Shown here piece by piece: positions 50,036 through 57,562 of a DNA stretch of 57,562 nucleotides. Below the pieces are notes generated by a model. The model searched no databases, was not told the DNA's origin, and saw only the letters and a program-made list of their open reading frames with translations. Position 1 is the stretch's first letter, and every line of letters starts with the position of its first letter. A program made the position numbers and the translations under genes. The stretch comes from Ginglymostoma cirratum (taxonomy: Eukaryota), in the NCBI GenBank assembly GCA_024137785.1, contig JAHRHZ010000025.1, positions 30,649,624-30,707,185 on the forward strand, read 5' to 3'.

Positions 50036-51430
50036 ACAAAGCCATGTTGTGTCATATTAACTTGCTTTTTCTCTAAGTGTACATTTATCCTGTATTACGG
50101 CCTCTAACAGTTTTCCCACTCCTGATGTCAAGCTGACAGGTCTATAGTTTCCTGGGTTATCCTTTGCCCCTTTCTTAAATAATGGTGTCACATTTGCAAT
50201 CCTCCAGACCCATGGGGCTGATCCTGCATTCTGAAATGCCTGTAAAATTCTTGTCAAAGGGTGCACAATTTGTTTCCTTTACTTAATGTAAATGTAAGAT
50301 ACATCCTATCCGGGTGACTTATCTACCTGGAGTGCGGCCAGCCATTTTTTGCACTTCCTCTTTATCTGTCACTATACTGCTCAGTTGCTCAACACCCACA
50401 TTTTCAAATAGGCCATTGTCACTATTTCCTAATTTTCTAAAGAGAGAAACAAAGTATTAGTTTAGTACCTCTGCTGTACATTTTGCTTATCCTAATTGTT
50501 CCTTATGGACCCCACTCTAACTGCCACTAATATTTTACTATTAACATGTTTAAAGTACATTTTATTATTTGTTTCAGCACAGCCTGACATCCTTTCCTCA
50601 TGCTTCTTCTTAGCCTTCCGTATTCTAGCCTTATCCTCTCTTGTACATTTGAGATCTTCTTCCTGATTTCTACTGTTATGATTATTCCAGTGCACCTCAT
50701 ATGCCTCCATTTTCTCCTTTACTTTCTCATCAATATCCTTAGTCGTCTGGGTTACTCTAGTTTGGATAGCCCAGATTTATTTATCTAGGTTGCACCCTAT
50801 TCATCTTTTTTGAAATTCTCCCATTTTTTATCCATCTTATCCACCAAAATATGTTCCAAATCATCCTGCTCCAGTTCAACTTTTAAACCCTTAAAATCTA
50901 CCCTTTTACAGTCTGGAATCTTAATCCTTCAATGATTATTATCTTTTTCCAACTTAATATTGATTCTTATTTTATTATGATTGGTACTTCCCATATGCTT
51001 TCCCATTCTGATGTTGTCCATTTGGCCTGCCTGATTTTCTAGGACCAGATCCAGTACAGCTCCCTCGCTGGTAAGGCTGGAAATGTTCCAGAAAGTTCTC
51101 CCCTTCCATGCCCCATACTCTAGCTTTCTACCTGAGGGTAACTGAAATCACCAACCATCACAACCCAACCTGTCCTGCAGACCTCTATAATCTGCCTGCA
51201 AATACGCTCTTCTTTTTCCTCCCCACTATTTGCAGGTCTATAAAAATACCCAGCAAGGTCACTGCTCCCTTCCTGTTTCTCTTCTTTAACATACAGATTC
51301 TTATTTAGGAATTACATCTTGTTTAAGGGCTATGATACTATTCGAATCTCCTCCCTTTTTATATACCTGTGTCTATTAAAAACCTTATGACCCAAGATGT
51401 TAATCATTCTGTCCTGTTCTGGCTTACTGA

Positions 51431-51713
51431 GAGAAGAACATATAAATGTATAAGGATGTCAGTCAAGCAAAGTAAACATTCCACTTCAGTTTGTTCAGAC
51501 TCTTGCAGAGCTAATGCATTAGAGTATCTTGGAGTTCAGCCAGGCATTCATAATGAATCCAGATGGAGTATCATATTTATGGTCATCTGTTTCTGCTGAT
51601 ACAGGTTCCATAAGGATTCACTATAAATTCTTGGCTGAGTTGGGTGAATACTTATGCAGTTGCCATGGGGGTAACATGGGGAAACATGATGAGAGTGAGA
51701 GAGCCAAATCATT
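51431..51713 (+). repeat. ~283 bp direct repeat, copy 1 (inserted in CR1 APE)
   Basis: Ungapped alignment to 52328-52610 at offset 897. Confidence 0.93.
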
Positions 51714-52099
51714 TGCTGTTCTGTCAATGCTACTATGTCAAATCTGCCTGGAATAATTTCTACATCCAATTCCCTAATTTTGTTCACTATACTCTGTGCA
51801 GTTATATACATACAGTTTTACTCTGCGCTTATCTCTTTCTTGATCAATGGAAGGTGACTATGTCGAGTGCAATTGAACATCCCTTTACAGGATCAAATGT
51901 TGAAATGCTGTGAAGAATAAAGTGCCCTTTCAGAAATCTGCCCTGAAAAGTAACCTACTTGTTCCAATAACCCTATCAATGTATTTCTGAGGCAAGCCAT
52001 TCCAGTATCAATAATATAAACTTTACTTATGTACCACCTCTTAATATTGTTTAAATAAACATACAGACTTTGACAAAAGAATCAGAGAAATATTCAACG

Positions 52100-52309
52100 C
52101 CTACAGTGTGGGGCAGGTGGTTCAGCACATCGACTCCACATCTAACCTAACCCCATAGCCCTGCATTTCCCATGCACCTCTTTGGACTGTGGGAGGGAAC
52201 TGGAGCACCTGGAGGAAACCCACGTAGACGCGGGGAGAATGTGCAAACTCCACACAGACAATCGCGCAAGGGTGGAATCATACCTGGGTCTCTAGCGCTG
52301 TGCCGCCCC
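52100..52309 (-). mobile_element. HE1-type V-SINE, internally deleted
   Basis: V-domain ggagaatgtgcaaactccacacagac with a partial tRNA head. Confidence 0.85.
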
Positions 52310-52327
52310 ACTGAAAGAGGTTATTAT

Positions 52328-52610
52328 GAGAATAACATATAAATGTATAAAGATGTCAATCGAGCAAAGTAAAAATTCCACTTCAGTTTGTTCAGACTCT
52401 TGCAGAGCTAATGCATTAGAGTATCTTGGAGTTCAGCCAGGCATTCATAATGAATCCAGATGGAGTATCATATTTATGGTCAGCTGTTTCTGCCGATACA
52501 GGTTCTGTAGGGGTTCACCTCAAATACTTGGCTGAGTTGGGTGAACACTCATGCAGATGCCATGGGGGTGGCATGGGGGAACATGGTGAGAGTGAGAGGG
52601 CGAAATCACT
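52328..52610 (+). repeat. ~283 bp direct repeat, copy 2
   Basis: Ungapped alignment to 51431-51713. Confidence 0.93.
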
Positions 52611-53413
52611 TTTAAGTTCCTGATAATCAAAGTGCCTTCTAACCAGCTGACCTTGGCACCTGCCTGCCCTGTATCTGTGCACTGAATGAAATTTGGCAAT
52701 AAGGGAATCCTTTAAATGGACGCATGTCTGCTGAGTTAGGAGATTTCCCAACCTGAGCCAATCACATTGATTGTGAAAACACAAATGAGAGATACAGCGT
52801 TGTGGGGAGTTTGGGCCAGGTTGGAAATACGGTCTGATTTTCATCATCTGCTGATAGCAGTTGACAATTACATGTGGATTTTTTTTGAATGGGTGTAATA
52901 AAAAATGGGGGGACTAAAGTTTAACCTTTGATCCCAAAGAGCATTTTTTATCAAACTGAAGGAAAATAAATCATAAGTAACAGGTACAAAAAGTGTTGAT
53001 TCAAACTGGTGGTGACTTGCAATTCCAATATTATGATTTATGGAGACCAGAAATTGAATTTCCAGCAATTAACACAGTCTTCCATATCAGTTCCATAAAG
53101 GGCACTTCCCAACCATATACACCTTATTTGTGCAACAATGCTAGCAAAAGCAACATGATTGGGGATATAAAAATAGGTCATCATCAAAATGAGCTAGTCC
53201 CTTACATGTACCTCTGCCATGTTCTCTGTCAGCACTACCAACATTAAAGATGAGAGGTGGCATTTGGGTGGACTGCCCACTGGTAAGAGGACCCATCATC
53301 TTAACTTGCTGATGCATGAGTGCAGATAGTCATGTGTAAGCAGAAAAACATCTCTCGCAAATCACTGCCCATCCTCCAATCCTTGAAGAGAACTCATCCT
53401 CTTTCAAATCCCT

Positions 53414-53945
53414 CATAGAATCATAGAATCTTAAAGCACAGAATGAAGCCATTTACTCTGTTATGCACATGCTGCTTCTTTAAAAAAAGCAATCTTACAA
53501 GTCCAATTTCTTTACTTCAAATAGTCCTGGAATTTTTTTAACTTTCTCAACAGTTATCTAATTCCCTTTTTAAGTTAACCAATGAATCCAATTCCATGAC
53601 TATTCAGGCTGTATATTTCAGATAACAATTACCTACTGCATAAAAAAAAAACTCATCTCCTTAGGTTTTTGTGCCAATTACCTTAAATCCTCATCATCCT
53701 GTTATTGATCCTTCTGCCAGTTTCTCCCTACATAATCTATCAAAATTGTTGACAATTTTAAAATGCCTGTATTAAATCTGCTTATAATCTTTCCCTTGGG
53801 ATAGAGAGCAGTATTGGCATCCCTGGTATCTCCATGGAAATTAAATTCCTCATTACTGATAACACGTTATTAAATACACCTTGCACCTTGCACCTTTTAG
53901 AAGGCCATGACCGAAGTGTGGTGCTTTGAATTGGCACAAAACTCA
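53414..53945 (-). mobile_element. Old CR1 3' end
   Basis: Antisense tail catagaatcatagaatcttaaagcacagaatgaagccatt. Confidence 0.65.
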
Positions 53946-56902
53946 TTTGAGGACTATGACTCTATGATTCTATGACTAATCAATGACTTATAAAGGTTTG
54001 TGTTGATGTTTATCTTCTCCTTATGCTTACTTAGTAAATAAAATTACTAACCCATGCAAAAGGGTCTGGTTAATATGAAAATGCCTGGGTTCACTTATTA
54101 AAAAGTTTAAAAAATGGCAGTAGTATTACATAGTTAGAAAACTTGCGTACACGTCACAGTTGATAGTTTCCTTGGTACAAACTATACACTATTTCTGAAT
54201 TACTTGCTACATTGTATCGATTCCTCTCTAGTGATAGCAAACATAAACACACTCACTTCAGAGTGTGCCACAGTTTGTATTGGAAGACTTATACTGATGC
54301 TTTGGAAAAATAATGAAACAATTGCTACAATGTCTTCAGGCATTAGAAAAATTTATTTACCTCTCTGTAAGCGCAAACTTGCCAGATTTGTCAACTGTTA
54401 TTGTGTGCTTGCTTGCCTTTCCTGCCACTACCTGCCTAACACTGCATCTTATAAAAATGGTTATGTGTCATTGTCAGTATGTCAGTACACCTTTAAGAGA
54501 CACAAGAGGTCAGTATGCTTTTAAGAGACATGCTTATAATATGAGCACTTCATTGTAGCGTGTGACCCAAAGATACAAAGATCTCATAGTCCATCTTAAC
54601 TGAGATCACTTGAAGCATGACATACTACTAGAAGGATGCTGCAATCTGCTATAAACTAATATCTGAGCTTCATCCATTTATACGTCCATGAATGTGATGT
54701 TTGTATGTAATAGTAAATGCAATAAATGTCTGGTGGAATCTAAAAGTATCAGAACTTCCACACCTAGTTTCTTATGTTATGAGAGTTAAGATAAGTATTG
54801 CTGCATCAGGTAATATCCATGCTGGAGGACAAGTTTACATCAAAGCCTTAATTTCCATGTTATTTTTAAGTTATTGCAGTAGGAGAATGTGCAATGGCTG
54901 AAAATACTGGAAGTTCCTGAATTGGAAAGTGAGATGTCCTAAAAATAAGTAAAAACTGCTGATATTATTTTGACTGTAAAAATACATCTTAAACATTTCA
55001 GAATCCAAAAGTAAATATTTGACTAAGACCTTTAAATGTAAAACAAATGTAAACCATTTATCACTTCAAGCATTAATTAATACATATTTTGCTAAGGCTC
55101 AGCCAGAGAAACAGCCATAAAAACACCAAGACAGTGGTTAAAGTGGCACAGATACGTAAGGAAGTTGTTGCACAGTTACTCACAATTGTACACTGCTTGT
55201 GAAAAATGGATTTCAGAACTTAGGATAGACAATTCTGTTTACTTTTGAACAAAATTACAGATAACTGCTACATAATAATTTAACAATTAAGCAAATGATT
55301 TATTCACAGAAAATGGTAATCAGGAGCAAACTATCAGAAGTAGCATTTCATTTAATCAGTTATTAACTATATTTTATGAAAATATTATGCAGTTCTGAGT
55401 CTTGCATTCAAACATTGTCAGTGATATGCATTTGTTCTGACCTGGCATTCCAATTATAATTGCACAATTCCAAATACTTTTATTTTCCATAGGAAAGCAT
55501 TTTTTCCTCCAATTTAACAATCTCTTAGAGCTGCATACTAACTCCAAGACTTTATTATTTTATGTCTGCAACAGAAAATGTTTGATACACTGGAATGACA
55601 CATTGAAATTATTTTTCAACCCCAGATTAATTGAAATTGTTCTGACTATACATCATTATTTAGATTGGTCCAGTTTGAATCAATTGGAGCTATTGATGCC
55701 ATTGCTTATTATTTTGCATAAATGCAATGTCATGTAACACTTAAAGCTGCTTCACAACAGAAAAATTTTCAATAACAAACGAGAGCTTGATTAGTTTCCT
55801 TTGAAACTCACAGTTAGGGAAGTGTTCAAGATCTTTTCTGCTGACCAGTTCCCTAAAATAAAATCATATAGTCCTCTCCCATTTCTGTGTTGCCCTCACC
55901 ATCTCTGGTTCTTCAATGCTAGATGAGCTGAACTCATCATGGGGCTGAAAATGCAGTCCACCCACAGTCAGTGTGTGTTCTGAGTGTGTGTGAGTTGATC
56001 TTGTGCTATAATACAAGGTCAGCTCATTTAAATTAATTTTCAGCATTCCCCTCACATAGCATTGGACATCCCACAAGGTGCAGGGGTCAGGCAAAGGGTT
56101 ATCCATTACTTGCAGCTCTTAAAAAGGGGATAGGCTTCAAATGAAAAATCTGCTGAAACAAAACACCTTAGCAGAAAATCACAGCCACAGAGAAGAATGA
56201 CCTTTTTGGAGCATAGATTGGCTTCTACTTGTGAATAGTCTCAGTCTGGCCTTAATAGAAAAGTGATTGAGAGAGTGAAAGGTATTTGACTATCACCGAA
56301 ACTTAAGGAAAATTGCTTGGTTATACTGTCTTGCCAAAATGAGTGTGCACATATTTTGTGTGAATTATTCTCTTAATAGCATTTCAGTGTAATAGTGTCA
56401 ATGATCAATGGTCTAGAAAATGTTTGTGTACATTTGAATGAATGGATAGTCCCTGTTGCACTTTGCTTTGCAGGCCTCATGTGTTTTCCCTGCAGCGTCC
56501 TGGGATAAAAAGCCATGCATAAACGTCAACGTTGCTTTCTCTTCATTGATGCTGAGTTTTTCCAGCAGTTTCTGTTTTTGTTGTGGTACAAAAACTGCTG
56601 GTCTAAGCATCTGTGTCACACAGATCAGATACTGTGCTCCTTCCAGCACGTGCCTCCATGGTACATTTGCTGCAGAAAGTGGTCTCACAAATGCAGTAAT
56701 AGCAAATACAGGCATTACAAATAAGTTGGAGCCACAGCTCCTCCTAAAGAGAAGTCCCTCAAGGATCTAGAAGGGCTCAGCACTCGTATCAAATCTTCCT
56801 TCTTCATCCATTCATCTCCATAGTGACTAGCATTTACACTGCAGTAGTATACTTCAAACAGCATCTTTTATTCCTAACATTATAAAAAATTCCTTGGGGA
56901 AA

Positions 56903-57562
56903 AAGCTTGGGGACCGCTTTGCAGAACACCTGCGCTCAGTTCGCAACAAACAACTGCACCTCCCAGTCGCGAACCATTTCAACTCCCCCTCCCATTCCTC
57001 AGACGACATGTCCATCCTGGGCCTCCTGCAATGCCACAGTGATGCCACCCGAAGGCTGCAGGAACAGCAAATCATATTCAGCCTGGGAACCCTGCAGCCC
57101 AATGGCATCAATGTGGATTTCACAAGCTTCAAAATCTCCCCTCCCCCAACCGCATCCCAAAACCAGCCCAGCTCATCTCCACCTCCCTAACCTGTTTTTC
57201 CTCTCACCTCAAGCCACACCCCCATCTCCTATCTACTAACATCATCCCGCCCCCTTGACCTGTCCGTCCTCCCTGGACTGACCTATCTCCTCCCTACCCC
57301 CCTACCTACACTCACCTTTACTGGCTCCATCCCCGCCTCTTCGACTTGTCTGCCTCCTCTCCACCTATCCTCTCCTCTATCCATCCTCTATCCGCCTCCC
57401 CCTCTCTCCCTATTTATTTCAGAACCCTCTTCCCCTCCCCCATTTCTGATGAAGGGTTTAGGCCCGAAACGTCAAGTTTTCCTGCTCCTATGATGCTGCT
57501 TGACCTGCTGTGTTCATCCAGCCCCATGCTTGTTATCTCGGATTCTCCAGCATCTGCAGTAC
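56903..57562 (+). mobile_element. 5'-truncated Penelope-like element (family A): GIY-YIG C-terminus, pyrimidine-rich UTR and terminal repeat
   Basis: ORF 56894-57190 reads LGDRFAEHLRSV...PVANHFNSPSHS...EQQIIFSLGTLQPNGINVDF. Its 3' end matches the hairpins at 1-127 and 26705-26932. Confidence 0.92.
57443..57476 (+). ncRNA. Minimal hammerhead-ribozyme-like motif
   Basis: CTGATGA(57446-57452)-A-GGG-tttagg-CCC-GAAAC-GTC(57471-57473), with a palindromic ACGT in place of helix III. Confidence 0.6.

Larger units (their letters stand above)
49270..51830 (-). mobile_element. Decayed CR1 ORF2 (APE and RT)
   Basis: ORF fragments read YITAQSIVNKIREL...DIVALTE, WRIANVTPLFKKG...NYRPVSLTS and LFLIYINDM...CADDTKLG. 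Confidence 0.9.

Noticed and set aside
14929-52309. tRNA-like A/B boxes
   Set aside because: All are heads of SINEs or related elements, not complete cloverleaf tRNA genes.
1-57562. CRISPR array, operon or prokaryotic/viral system; hairpins as miRNA genes or rho-independent terminators
   Set aside because: There are no regularly spaced repeats or dense ORFs. The sequence is vertebrate repeat-rich DNA, and the hairpins trace to PLE termini with TSDs.

Overview
This is repeat-rich eukaryotic genomic DNA, almost certainly from a cartilaginous fish (shark). That assignment is inferred from HE1/V-SINEs, DeuSINE (SacSINE1-like) remnants and HER1/CR1 LINEs. I found no recognisable intact host gene, so the window looks intronic or intergenic. 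It is a mosaic of decayed CR1, L2 and other LINEs, SINEs, a Gypsy integrase remnant and Penelope-like elements (PLEs), separated by AT-rich, repeat-poor islands that may be conserved non-coding elements. The most notable signal is a set of at least three PLE-related families whose 3' ends carry minimal hammerhead-ribozyme-like cores (CTGANGA-N-stem II-GAAAC-GTH); one family shows a compensatory stem change. These ends also occur as short, ORF-less insertions of 100-300 bp, mostly fold-back, with 8-15 bp target-site duplications. Other oddities are a ~283 bp local duplication with a 108 bp identical core, an inverted duplication at 33.7-35.6 kb, a perfect 88 bp tandem duplication, and a LINE that appears to begin with a tRNA-like head shared with a short derivative. 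All analysis was by eye. Boundaries of old repeats are approximate, and family names come from recalled consensus features, not database searches.
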